A stretch of 51,633 nucleotides of DNA, the filler included, from Bipalium vagum (lineage: Eukaryota), in NCBI GenBank assembly GCA_037834085.1. It is 3 parts of 3 records of this genome, joined end to end, with 100 filler letters (N's around TTAATTAATTAA, not from the genome) between each part and the next. Parts side by side here need not be neighbours in the genome. Positions count along the whole stretch, not along the records: positions 1 to 15,730 come from JBBMKC010148956.1; positions 15,831 to 34,889 come from JBBMKC010012310.1; 1 more part is not named here. One strand, written 5' to 3'. A model generated the notes under the pieces. It saw nothing but the letters and a program-made list of their open reading frames with translations. It ran no database searches and was not told the DNA's origin. Both the position numbers and the translations under genes were made by a program. Shown here in pieces: positions 11,770-24,010 of this stretch (positions are counted from its first letter, which is position 1; each line of letters begins with the position of its first letter).

Positions 11770-13190
11770 AAATCACTTTTTGCTATCTTTCAGGTAATTG
11801 TGGAATCCCGGAAAGATAGAAATATATTGGTCTTGACGCAAGATAATTCTTGACAAAATCTCGTATCTGGTCAAAATTTTTGAAACGACATCCGGCTAAT
11901 TCATGTCGCATTGAAAATGAAAATCTGTAGAAGCAAGGTCTGAGAATAAGCCGCGTGAGGAAGAACTTTCCAGCCTAACTGTAAAATTGTTTCCTGACTA
12001 TATTTCGCTACATGCGGTCTGGTATTGTCATGTAGCAGGATAATCTTACGCAATCCTTGGCCGAAAAAAGGTCTTTTTTCATATTTGTTTAGCCAAATGC
12101 ATCAATCGTTTGCTATAACGTTCCGCATTAATGGTTTCACGAGCATGGAGAAGGTCATAATGACTGAGACCTTTCATATCCAACCAGATGCAAAGAAGGA
12201 CTTTTTATTGTGAATATTTGTTTTGACAACTGAAGTAGCTGGCATTCCAGGGTTCACTCACGAATTTTTGCGTTTTTGATTTATAAGGAGTGATTCGAAG
12301 AATTAATTTGTTTGAATTTTTTTAAATAAGGACCTCACGCCATTAACAATTATTAAATGGTTTTAATTTAAAGTTTTAAAAAATTATAATGTTACGTTTT
12401 TTAAATTTTTAAATAAATATTTTAAATAAATGTTGGTTAATTTTGAAAAAGTAAATAATTTAATTTTAACAAAAGGTGAGGTCCAAGTTTGAAAAGTTTG
12501 TTTGGTTAATCGGATTTAATGAAATATATTATGATTGCTTCGACTTTGAATTCTGATTTACAAATGACTACACTAGAATATAACTGGATTATTGTAATTA
12601 ATCCATTTTTCATCTCCAGTGACGATTTTCCATAAAAAGTCTTTTTTATTTGTCTAGCAATATGGGATGCGCATGTTGTTAATTGGCATAAAATATTGTT
12701 TTCAGAAAGTTCGTGCGAAATCCACTATCCAGCCTTCTGAATTCTTCCCATGTCGTGTAACCGTCTCCCAACAGTTATTTGATCAATGGCAAGTTGTTTA
12801 AAGAGTTCTGCTTGCGCCTGTGCTGTATTTTCATTCAGCAACTCTTCCAATTTGGCTAATTCGGTAAAATAAAAATTTCTTCTTTGAATCGACGATACCA
12901 GTATTTACATTTACTGTGGGAAACGGCATTATTACCAAGAACAGAACATATTGATTAAAATGCCTAGGATGCATTTTTGCCTTGATCAAATTCATATCTT
13001 ATTCAACACCGAACGTACAATTTTTCATCACTCATTTTGAAGACTGATATTTTGGTTTTTTATGAAATAACTTAAGTATAAAATTTAATATATTGATTAC
13101 CAATGTAAAATTTCGCGGCAGTTATTTGATAATATTTGGATTAGTAAAACAACGATGAAAACATAGTTAAAAACTTATGCATAAACCTAA
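11770..13190 (-). mobile_element. Near full-length degraded mariner element interrupted by a ~250-bp AT-rich insert
   Basis: TIR-like TTAGGTTTATGCATAAG at ~13174-13190. Motifs WISHELSE, DFLWKIVTGDEKWI, KVLLCIWLDMKG, ETINAERYS and DLASTDFHF are in the expected order on the minus strand. Confidence 0.8.
12310..12512. mobile_element. MITE-like insert nested in the mariner
   Basis: AT-rich block splits the transposase; inverted repeat GGACCTCAC (12330) / GTGAGGTCC (12476) with degenerate outer extension. Confidence 0.4.
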
Positions 13191-13599
13191 TACATACATG
13201 TAATTTATTTAGTAAATTCATTATTAAAACAATTTTTTAATAATATTAAATAATAAAGAATGGCAAATAATAGAATTTGGCAATTAACAGAATATTTCAT
13301 AGATGAAGCCTATAATTAGTTTTTTGGCAAATAGCGGAATTGAAAATTAAGAGAACAAGCAAATAAGAGAACATTTATTGTATTTTATAATTATCAAAAA
13401 TAATTAATAGATAGATAAAATCTTACTTTAACTATGAAACATTGAAGAGAATTATAAACTATCTTGGAAAACTTGTAAAAAAGATATAAAACAAGTATGT
13501 TAATATAAAAATAATGCATACGAACAATTTTGTGTAATTGTAAATTGTGTTTAAAATCAAATAAAAATTTAAAAACTGCTAGAACTGTTTATTTTATTA

Positions 13600-14250
13600 T
13601 CGAATGGACAGATGTATTGAACTTCCAGATTTTTGATTCTCCTCGCAGAACGTTCGTTAGATAATTGTTTGAAAATTGTTTCGTGATTACAGTGAAATTA
13701 GGAGTTGGTTTCATTAGTGATTGAGGATGCTTTGAAGGGGAAAATGTTGGCTAATTTCTCAAAATAGAAGCAACCATGACAAAAGAGGTTTATAAAGATA
13801 TTCTCAAAAGATGGTTAAGCCATCTTGGAAACGATTATTTAAAGAGGGATAAATATTTATGTATGAAAGTGATTCCGAACATACCAGTAAGATATACAAA
13901 GCCATCTTGGAGAGGTTAAAACAGCATAATATACTTCAAGTAATAGGATGGCTTCCTTATTCACCATATCTTAACCATATTGAATTACTGTTGGATAAAT
14001 AATATAGAAAAATTCGGCAAAAACAGCTATCTTCAGCAAAGAGTCTTTGGGACACAATACAAGTACAATGGCGTGCAATAACACCAGGAATTCTAAGGAG
14101 TGCTAAATCGTATGCTTAACGATTTGTGTAGCTCTTATTAAAAATCACACAGGCTACTTTGATGAATGTTATATGATATAAAATAAATATTTTTTCTTCT
14201 TAGTTCGAATAAATATGAAAGGGTTGGTTAAATTTTAGAAATTAACTGTA
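13600..14250 (+). mobile_element. Degraded Tc1 (DD34E) transposase 3' half
   Basis: WTD..FQIF, *GCF, GWLPYSPYLNHIELL and a C-terminal helix; ends in a Tc1-like terminus ...AACTG|TA at ~14250. Confidence 0.7.
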
Positions 14251-15730
14251 AAAAATTTGTCAGTGTTCTATTTATATAATATTTAACAAATACGAATACC
14301 TGTCTAATACTTTTAATAAGTAGAGTATATGCAAACCAATTTTCTTAATAGAATTTATTATATATTTTTGAATTTGTATTACAAAAAAATATGAATAATA
14401 CAAATTTATGCACTAATATGTATGTAATATTTTAATGAAAATGAATATAAATATTGCTTTAATTTTTTTTCATATTTTATAAAAAATACTTATTGATTAC
14501 TACTTATTAAAAGTAGAATAAAATATAAAAAATTCATATTAAATTTTTTCTTATGGTTTATTTTTCCTACATGATAAAAATATTTATATTTTTTGATAAG
14601 AAAATTGTTTTTCACAATTTTTTGTCAATGTAAGCTAAAATGATAGTAAATATTATTAATAGATTATTTTTAACAATAAGAAAATTCTTAATAATCGCAT
14701 ATGACAAAAATAAAAAAATATAAATTTTTTATAAGAATTTACATATTTATAAATAATTATAATAACAATTTTCACTTTTAAACAGGAGTCTTAATAATTA
14801 TTGATTAAACAATTGAAATTTAAAAATTTATTTTTTACCATTGATAATAAATAAATCAATCAATTAAAAATATTTCAAAAATTGTAAAATTATCTTTAAA
14901 TGAGAAATCGATTATTTCAATAATCAAAATGCTATTAAATGAAAATTATCAATAATAAAAAAATAATTTTATTATATATTCCTAAGTTATAATTCACGCT
15001 TCCCTTTTACTCTTTAATTAGGTTATCAAAATTGAAAAATATCGATTTCTCAAATTCCAGAGCTATTTTCTTATTTTGTGATTGAAAAAACTTAAATCCA
15101 GTGATGCATGAAATATTTTATAGTCTTAATAATCAGTAAGTAGACTACTTATATCTTTTGTGTTCAGCAATAATTCTCAGTTCAATGAGAAATACAGAGA
15201 CGGAATATAGAAAGGAAAAATATCAATTCTTTGTTTTCATTTAATTTTTGGTTTGGCATTACATAAATTATTATAATATTTCAATTCTACACTAAAAAGT
15301 TAATTAAAATCTTGTTTGTCAATAGAAATTCTACTTTTTATACTTAACAATCGTGCAAAGTGAATTGTAAGCTTGACTGAGAAAGTATTGCTTCAGATTG
15401 TTTTTCCCCTTATGCAATTGCATGGAGATATTGTTTAGAGAATGTCGTACGCAGCAGTGGAAAGTGTTCAGTCAAAAACGATTCATGCGATTGTTTTAAT
15501 CGTTGTAAATTAGTGATAAATCGATTTTTATAATTAAAAAAACAATAACAGTGATTTATTTTAAATCAAAGATGATATAGTTGTCATTAACACGCGGAAG
15601 TTTTTAAATGTTTGTCTCTGTTCTGGCTATGAATTTTTTCCAGATATAGTAAAAAGAGATCAACTTTTTCTTTTTTAATATTGAAAACTTGAATTGAATA
15701 ATTTTCTGAGAAGCGTTTGGATTACAGAAA

Positions 15731-15830
15731 NNNNNNNNNNNNNNNNNNNNNNNNNNNNNNNNNNNNNNNNNNNNTTAATTAATTAANNNNNNNNNNNNNN
15801 NNNNNNNNNNNNNNNNNNNNNNNNNNNNNN
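15731..15830. other. Artificial contig-joining spacer N44-TTAATTAATTAA-N44
   Basis: Exactly 100 bp; the palindromic 12-mer gives stops in all six frames; identical to the spacer at 34890. Confidence 0.97.
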
Positions 15831-15886
15831 TATTTTCACATTTGTATATTTTCACATCGCCATTTTTCAGGACGGAAAATGTGAAA

Positions 15887-16213
15887 TTATACAGTGTTGA
15901 CTGTATAGTCAAATAAATCCATCCAGTTTTCTCCCAAATATTCCATGACAATTGTTGAAGAATCTTCACAATCATGAAAATTTATCAATTTCGGAACGTA
16001 TTTGAATCGACTGAGCTGTACAAGATAGAGTAGCTCATTCGGAACCAGAGTGTTGGTCTCCTTCTCAAGTACAAACCACGGCGCGTTTCGGAATTTTGTA
16101 AAAGTTTTTAAAAGAACCTCGTTGCCATTTTTATCAACAGCGTGTTGAATACAACTTCGTCCACTAGAATAAAGTTGAGATTTCTCAGAATAGTCTTTGA
16201 GCAAGCTGTCCAT
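15887..16213 (-). CDS. PIM/PASK-like Ser/Thr protein kinase, N-lobe only (first exon or truncated pseudogene)
   Basis: beta3 VLLK lysine, PIM-like alphaC VPNELLYL, VPKLINF, hinge IVMEYLGENWMDLFDY (PIM-type DLFDF). The Gly loop is degenerate. The frame ends in GTA TAA, which is either a weak donor or a truncation, close to the contig end. Confidence 0.68.
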   Translation of the reverse strand: MDSLLKDYSEKSQLYSSGRSCIQHAVDKNGNEVLLKTFTKFRNAPWFVLEKETNTLVPNELLYLVQLSRFKYVPKLINFHDCEDSSTIVMEYLGENWMDLFDYTVNTV

Positions 16214-18778
16214 TTATATTTTAAGTTTATTTGTCAAAGGTAGATGAGATCAATAATTGATTCCGTTGACAAAAAATGTTAGAATTATCTCAATTCTCAT
16301 TGGATTAAAATAAACATTTTATATTTTTAATTAATATTTATTTTATGTTAAATAATTAAAAAATATATCGATACATTCAAAACCATTCACATTGGAGAGA
16401 AATATATAAATTAAAAAAATTATTTAATATTTTATTTATTATTATTATTAAAATTAAATATTTTTAAAATTATTTAAATTTTTTTTAATGTTATTTTAAA
16501 ATATTTAGAAATTTTAAAAAATTTAATTTTAAATAATAAAATAAAAAAGTGCACTTAATGTTTCACAAAATTTACGGTTTGAATATAAAAAAATCAACAT
16601 TTAATTTTCTTGTTTTTAAATGGTCGAATTTTTTCTTGTAAGAATAAATAAAGATTTTTGGTTCAGAATTCATTGACTGCAAATCTTGCCATCACATTAC
16701 ATCTATTACTTTCAAGTTTTAGTTTTGCCATTAATTCGATATTTTCAATTTTTATTAGAATTTAAATTTTGTTGGGTCAGCCAAGGGCACATCCACGTTA
16801 ACCATCGAAAAATAATTATTTGAAGACCGCTAAAGGTATGCAGATTATTTATAATAATTATAAATTAAATATTAAGATCACAAAGGGACAGAACTGAAAT
16901 AATAATAATTATAATAATACTAAAAATAATAATTAAATAATAATAATTAATTAAAAATTGCAAATAATATAAATAATAAATAATTATTTTCTTATCAGGA
17001 AAAACGATCTAATGTCAACAACTGCTCAATTATTCCAAGTATGTATTTCTTTTGACCTCCTGTTCCTCTCATGGTCCTGCATATATCGACGTATATATCA
17101 GCAAATAATTTAGTTGTTTCTAATTTTATGATTTTTTCCTGTTGCGTTTTGTCTTTGACAAGCCTCGCATAACAATTTATTAGTACTATTTCTAAAATGA
17201 ACGTTTGTATTTAAATGTTCAGTCTTTATATTTTGAAATACTTTTCTTACAAACTTCAAAAAATATTTTTCATTAATTTTTTCAAAAATAAAAAGATAGA
17301 TTGATGGGTAATGTGGTACAATTGTAATTCACAAAAATCATGAAAAAAAAATTGGTAACCCTATCATAACTAAGACCATATTCCTATTTACGAAGATTCC
17401 TATTTACAATAATCATCCGTCTCAGGGTTCAACATTCAAGGAGAAACAACCTTTTGTAATTTATTTTGTTGCTACAAGTTTACTAGATTTGATTACAAGT
17501 CTAAATAAACTTTTATTATTAAATAAATAAATATAAAATAAATTTTGGCTTTACACTGTTCGCAGGTGAACCGATACTCAAATAAAACATAATATTAAAA
17601 ATTAAAAATTATAATTTCGTTAAGAACTATAAGTTATTGATTAAATTAAATAATTACTAATGATTGGACAGCTACTCCAATACCTTAGGATCAAATAATT
17701 GTTATCTTTTTTTACTTATTTCCCAGTATCTTCTTTTTTTGTCTTTTTCACGTCTAGTAGGACGGAGAACCGAATTTTTATCTGAGAGCCCTTGAGAGTA
17801 AGATACCGAAGGGTAATCTGACTTTTCTATTAACTCTTTGTCTCGGGTTTTAACTTAAAAGTAAAATTGTATTAAGAAATAAAGTTATCAGATTTATATA
17901 AAAATATATTTTATAAAACAACTTGTTAGCCTCCGTTGATCGATTAAAAGTTTATCGTTTAAAAAGTTAAAAGGTTTTACAATCGATATTTATTTTAAAA
18001 GTTTAAAAGGTTCAAGTTTAGTAAACAACATTTTTATTGTCACTCACATTTTAATTTTGAACGTACGCGCACTAAATCCTTCTGAAATTGCATATATTTT
18101 ATGTTAAGTTCCTAAAAAGTTCACTATCGTGAGCTGTTGTAACACGGTGAAGCCATAACTTCTGATGTCTTCTAAATCCAGATTGGAAAGTTAAAAGAGA
18201 AAATTGACAGGTCACTAATTTTTGGAAATTCGAAGGAAAATTATTTTCCATTAAGACAAATATGACAAATTTTTGAAGACATCGCAACCTCTTTCTGGAA
18301 CCTAAAAATGTTTTATCACCATTGTGTCATTAGAATATCTTTCGACAATCTTTATAATTTTAACCCAGAAATTCAATACTACAGGAATAAATCAACTTAT
18401 CTCCAATTGGAAAACACGTATCGATTACAATGGGTGTTATTTCAGATAATATATGTTATTTGGTATGACCTTTTTGAATTAAGTACCAAAACGGCAAGAG
18501 TACCTTCCAATCAATATAATAAGAACTGGTTAATAATTTTAATGCGTAAAAATTAAAGTTACTTGAAAAAGTAAATTTACATATTATTGTAAAATCAAAA
18601 TTGAGAAAATCAATAATTTTTCTTTGCTAATCTCTTTGAAAGAATGCCTGATTATTGTTTCAGTTCGGTTTATAAAGTCGAATTTAAGTTGACTGTTCCT
18701 TTGTATTATTTGGAAGTGTCTGTTAAGTACACGAGTAATTTATTTATAATAATTCATTGGTTGAAATGCATTGCATTA

Positions 18779-19873
18779 TAAGGTGCTTCCGAAAACGTCT
18801 GACAGGTTTATACATTCTATAAATTCTTTTGTATTTGCTATATTATGGTAACATATGTTGTATGTGGATTGAGTGTTTTAATAACACCAGTAATATTTGA
18901 TTTCCTTTTTGTTTAACCAGACTAGTGTTAATAAATCGACAGAAAAAAGGGTTCTGGTAGTAAAATAGGTGCAGTAAATAAGAAAATATCGAAGAAAATT
19001 ACAAGAACATTTCAAAGATAACCCCTCGGTTTGCATCGTGACAAATAAGTTTGGAAGGTCAATATCAATTGATCACAGAAATAAAATTCGAGCTGGATTA
19101 AAAAGCTAGAAAGTTATGCGCTGATTTTTTAAGAAAATTTGAATTCTGTATTTTAGATGACGAAACATATTGTGACAATGACTTTAATCAAATTCCAGGA
19201 CAGGAATATTATGTTGTGAAGCAAAAAGGATTCATAACAACAAAATATAAAAATAAAAAGTATCAAAGTCCCCTTCAAAATATTTGGTGTGGCAAGCAAT
19301 AAGTTCATGTGGTTGAAAAAGAGAAGAATTGTACATAAAGAAACAATCAATAACGAGATTTACATTAAGGAGTTTTTAAAAGGAGATTTACGTTAACTGA
19401 TTCCATTTATTGAGTCTCATACTTTTCCTGTATTATTTTGGCCAAATTTGGCAACTTGTCATTAGAGTATACTAGCTCAAGAATTCTACTACTAGGGCAA
19501 CATCAATGTAATTTTAAAAGAAGCGAATTCACAAAATTGTCCGGAATTACGTCCGATCGAGTGCTATTGGGTCAATATAAAATCTAAGATCAAAGGAACA
19601 AAAATTAAAACATCAAACCTGAAAGAGGTTAGGCATAAATGGTGTAATCAAGCGAACAACATCAGCCAAGCAGATGTCAAGACACTCATGGGCAAACTGA
19701 AATCAAACATTCGATTATTTTTGCTTGATATTGATTTCAGTTTGTATCTTTCGCATTTGTATTGTTAAATACGTTCGTATTGTAATAAGTGTAACTTAAA
19801 ATGTTCCCATTTAGTTTCTGTATATATATATTTTTCCATATTCATGCCTGTCTGATTTTTCTGAAACACCCTA
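18779..19873 (+). mobile_element. ITm DD37E-family DNA transposon, degraded, both TIRs and TA TSD retained
   Basis: Left TAAGGTGCTTCCGAAAACGTCTGACAGG vs right-end reverse complement TAGGGTGTTTCAGAAAAATCAGACAGG. Motifs CILDDETY, IPGQEYY, KYLVWQAI and FWP(N)LATCH-...-NCPELRPIE, with exactly 37 codons between the second D position and E. Confidence 0.85.
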
Positions 19874-19929
19874 TAGTGCGGTGCACCTAATTATGGTTTG
19901 TTTAAATGTTATATTTTTTTAAAAATTAT

Positions 19930-21320
19930 CTTAAATATATATTTAAAAAATTCTGTGATAGAATTTTCTGAGTAATACAAATCGTTCCACAAGTCGGTGA
20001 CTTGTTTTCCCAAATAAATATCAACAGATGTTCATCTATGTCATCCAGGATTCTATTTCTGGATAGAATTTGTCGCTTATGTCGTGTAATGTTCCAATAC
20101 ATGAACAGAGCGTGTGATTTCAGGTGTCGTGGTGCAGTGTGATGTATAGTCGCCAATTGGAGTCCGTTTTGTGACATTTCTTGGTGGTTAGGAGGTCATT
20201 TGGCTCTTCTCTAATGCAGGAAATACCAATTCTCCCTTGTCACTATTTGAGCGTGTAGTATTATTTTATTGAACACTTAAAGAGTTGCTAAAGTTGGAGC
20301 AATGAGACCTACCGTCGACAGGTTGCACCATGTGTGACGGTCATGTGGCGATCATGTTGCGAAAGAATGGGGTTAGACTGTTGGTGTTCCTTCCTTAGAA
20401 TTTTATTGTTTTCCTGTCTACTTTGATGCTGGTAATAAGCTCTCTGGCCTTCAAGTTGGCTGTGTTTTCAATCTTAGTGTCCCTTTCTGAATATTGGATA
20501 TCTATTGCTATCTTGAACCACCAAGATTTTCTGAGTAGACATCTCAAGTTTCCGATCAAAACCAATTTATAGTGGTGTTCAAATCCTCTGAGTTCACCAT
20601 TCTTTTAATGGATTCTGTAGCCAGTATTATAATTTTCGCAGTTCATCATACTTTTTGGCACTGTGCCAAATGCATCTCGAATCTCTAAGAAGATTTGTAT
20701 AGCGAATCCGGTCGAATATGCTTCTACAATGAGCAGGTTAAGCAGGAAATTTTGCCCAAAGCACCCTTCAAAGCTGCCTAAGCTCTTCTGGTGCGGATGC
20801 AATAGTCTCGACACTTACAACCAGCATTCAATTTCTTACATATTTCGGAGCTGGTCGAATATGTGATTGCTGTTGGTCCGGCAATTCTTTTTACGATCTG
20901 CATTGCTTTTGTGATGTTTTGTTCGAAGATGACCCGGATATTTTCGATTTAGGGCCGTACATCCGCATTATGTTCTACAGTAGTTAGATTTCCGGTGCTG
21001 GCAAGCACATTGTCATTTCAGGAACATTTGCAAAGCGGTGTTGATGTCGAATTTATCCCTAGTCAGGATATTTTCACAAAATCATCTGGCATCTAGTTCA
21101 CAGTCTTTAAAGATTTTGAACGGTATTTACCAGCGGGGCATGTCAGATTAGATTTGACTGTCTCTATGTCTCCAGTCTCTCGGTCCCCTTGTCATTCTCT
21201 GGTTATGGAGCGAATTTTCATGACTTTGTTCTATTTGACTCCTGATGATTTTCATCATCATTTTATGTTGGTTGGTTAAGTAGAAAATTTCGCAGGTCTC
21301 TAGTTAGGTGGCTGGATCTA
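19930..21320 (-). mobile_element. Degraded non-LTR retrotransposon, NeSL/R5/Utopia-like RT
   Basis: GC-richer block. ORF 20605-20814 reads LLHPHQKSLGSFEGCFGQNFLLNLLIVEAY...IFLEIRDAFGTVP, the QKGF..EGC.EH.F.L...LD..AFG.VPH pattern of early-branching RLE-clade RTs. Boundaries are approximate. Confidence 0.6.
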
Positions 21321-21933
21321 GAGCATTTGGGGTGGAGTCAACCAACTGATAGGTCACTTAATCATTTGTATGAAATAATCTTATCTCGATCAAATAAAAA
21401 TGAGAATATCCAAACCAATCGTATATCTCATACTTATATTGATAATTATTTTACATGCGAATTTTTATTTAAGTACCTTCAATATGTCTTGTGTAGTCTA
21501 AGTACTTTTAGCCTTACACGTATGTTGCTAAACAGAAAATTCTTTAGAAATGGACTACTCGATTTAATTACCCATCATATTTTACATCAAAGTTTTTATT
21601 TAATTAATTGAAATAAAATTAAAATAAGACACCACAGAAGAACATTATTTAATAAATATTAAATTATATTATTATATATTAATAAAGAGAATTTATAAAT
21701 AACCATTTTAATTGTAAATTATTAAAGAAAATAAAAAATATTCAGATTCATGATTAAAACAAACAGAAACTTTTATTGAAAGCGAATTATATAAAAATTA
21801 TTAAATGTACTTTTAGCATTAGGATTAATTGCAAGAAGCAGCGAGAGAAAATTAACATTTGCTAAATCTGTAATTTGAAGGTTTTGTTCTCTCTTTCAAT
21901 TAATGTTTTCTTTTTAAATAATAGATAAATAAT

Positions 21934-21934
21934 G

Positions 21935-21970
<36 letters not shown>

Positions 21971-22100
21971 TTGATTATTATTTAATTATTATCTTTATTC
22001 TTATTCTTCTTATTATTATGTTAATTATTATTATTATTGATTATTTTAATAAATAATAATAATAATATTATTATTATTTAATTATTTATTGATTATTAAA
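21934..22100. repeat. (ATT)n microsatellite and degenerate ATT-rich tract downstream of the Kv2 stop
   Basis: About 12 perfect ATT units at 21935-21970 followed by degenerate copies. Confidence 0.85.
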
Positions 22101-22202
22101 AGAAAATTAATTAAAATTTTAAAAAAGAAACATTAAAAAAAGCATAAAAATAAAAAATTCTTTCTTCCATAAATTTAACACAATCTTGATCAATAATTTA
22201 TT

Positions 22203-23219
22203 TTATACATTTTCAATTGAGATGTCAGAGGTCTTGTTACAATTTTTTTGATCAAAGGTATCTTTTTCCATGGTTCGCTCAAGACTGGAATTGAATATGG
22301 GACTTTTTCGTAAATTATCCATCACAACGCCATTATTATCGATTTCCGATAGATCGGAGAAACTTCTCCTGCAGTACGAACTGATAGAAACTATGCTCCC
22401 ACTGCGTTTGGCTCGATCCAACTCTTCCTTTCGCTTCACCGCCTTTTCTTTTCTCATTTGGTCTTTATAATAATCTGCAAAATTATTCACAATGATGGGA
22501 ATCGGAAGGGCAACAACGAGAACGCCACACAGACAACAAAATGAGCCAATTATCTTTCCCATTGTTGTTTTCGGAGCCATATCCCCATAACCAACTGTGG
22601 TCATGGTTATGGCTGCCCACCAGAAAGCTGCCGGAATGCTATCAAACTGGATTCTGTTCTCATCCTTCTCAGCAAAGTACGCTAAGCTGCTGAACAATAA
22701 GACTCCTAACACAACAAACATCAACAACATTCCTAATTCTTTGTAGCTTTTCCGTAAAGTATATCCAAGAGACTGAAGACCGGTTGAATGTCGGGCCAGT
22801 TTCAATACTCTGAGAACTCTCAAAATTCTAAAGATCTGTACCACCTTTCGAAGTGATACAAAAGAATCTACATTGTGACGATTTAATACTTCAATAAGTA
22901 ACAGAGATATATAAAATGGAAGAATTGCAAATAAATCAATCATATTCAGCGGACCTCGGAGAAATTTTTTTTTGTTTGGACACGACCACAATCGCAGGAT
23001 ATATTCCACAGTGAACCAAGTGATACAGATTTTTTCTATGATCTCTAAAACGTTGTTCTCATCCATAAGACTATGTCTGTGTCCATTTTCGATTGAGCTA
23101 AGATTCTCCTTATAAACTATCTGATAAGTGGCCAAATTGGTTTGCAGTCCGGGTAGAGTACTTATGGTCAGTGCAATGGTTGATAGAATAATGAAGAGAA
23201 CTGAAATCAAGGCGACCAC
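22203..23219 (-). CDS. Shab: Voltage-gated K+ channel Kv2/Shab (KCNB-like), terminal exon encoding S1-S6 and C-terminus
   Basis: S4 [22 protein letters not shown], pore [14 protein letters not shown], Kv2-diagnostic [10 protein letters not shown]...[21 protein letters not shown]. The exon starts at acceptor tttcag|GTG 23219, so the ORF-track M is not a start codon. No T1-domain exon was found in the segment. Confidence 0.93.
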   Translation of the reverse strand: MVALISVLFIILSTIALTISTLPGLQTNLATYQIVYKENLSSIENGHRHSLMDENNVLEIIEKICITWFTVEYILRLWSCPNKKKFLRGPLNMIDLFAILPFYISLLLIEVLNRHNVDSFVSLRKVVQIFRILRVLRVLKLARHSTGLQSLGYTLRKSYKELGMLLMFVVLGVLLFSSLAYFAEKDENRIQFDSIPAAFWWAAITMTTVGYGDMAPKTTMGKIIGSFCCLCGVLVVALPIPIIVNNFADYYKDQMRKEKAVKRKEELDRAKRSGSIVSISSYCRRSFSDLSEIDNNGVVMDNLRKSPIFNSSLERTMEKDTFDQKNCNKTSDISIENV

Positions 23220-23428
23220 CTGAAAGAAACGATAATAATTGAAAGAAATAGTAAAATATGATAAGTTAAAAGATAAAATGGAACTGATAACAAAATCTGT
23301 GATTTAAAAAAATGGTTAAGGTTAACTATAAGACACTTGTTTTATTTCATAACGTTGCATCAAATTTTATAAATAAAATGACTATTAATGAGACAGTTGA
23401 GGAAACATTTGTACAAAACCTCCCTATA

Positions 23429-23658
23429 CAGTCCCCGCCAAAAGTCTTTGGCCACCATGTAAAAAAACCTAGTTTATCTTTTTGTTATTTATTCTTTAGT
23501 TATTTATTTTTTTATTGATAATTTTGATTAATGATTTAATAATATTTCCAATGTCGTTAACGTTCTTTACATTTACTTAATAAATATTAATAATTAGAAT
23601 CATATAAATGGTTCTATCTAGAATTTTAAGAGTGGCCAAAGACTTTTGGCGGGAACTG
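23429..23658. mobile_element. 230-bp Tc1-type MITE with 27-bp TIRs and TA TSD
   Basis: TA|CAGTCCCCGCCAAAAGTCTTTGGCCAC ... GTGGCCAAAGACTTTTGGCGGGAACTG|TA (one mismatch); AT-rich non-coding interior. Confidence 0.92.
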
Positions 23659-23699
23659 TATATGTAAGAGCCGCAATGTTGATTTACTTTATCAAGTAC

Positions 23700-24010
23700 A
23701 GATGCCGTGATACATTGTTTCTGATTTAGGAATTAGTTGCTAACAACTGGACTGCTTCGTTCCGATTGTCCGATAATATATCCAATTTTCAAGAATGATC
23801 AAAAGACGTTAAAAAGACGTTGCTAATAATTTTATAAAAATTGAGCGATTCGTTTTGTTTCTGAGACACCAGTTTTTATTTACTCATGTAACAAAATGTG
23901 TGGTATCCACTTTGATGTTTTTCATATTAAATGGAGATTTTTGATAAGAATACTTTGAATCATATCATGGGAAACATCATTACACTGCGTTTTCTATCGG
24001 GATTTACGAA
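23700..24010 (-). mobile_element. mariner N-terminal fragment
   Basis: SHDMIQSILIKNLHL..TSKWIPHIL, a WVPHEL-type linker. Confidence 0.45.

Noticed and set aside
15775-15975. 66-aa ORF running into the Ns
   Set aside because: Alternative frame of the kinase that is terminated by the synthetic linker.
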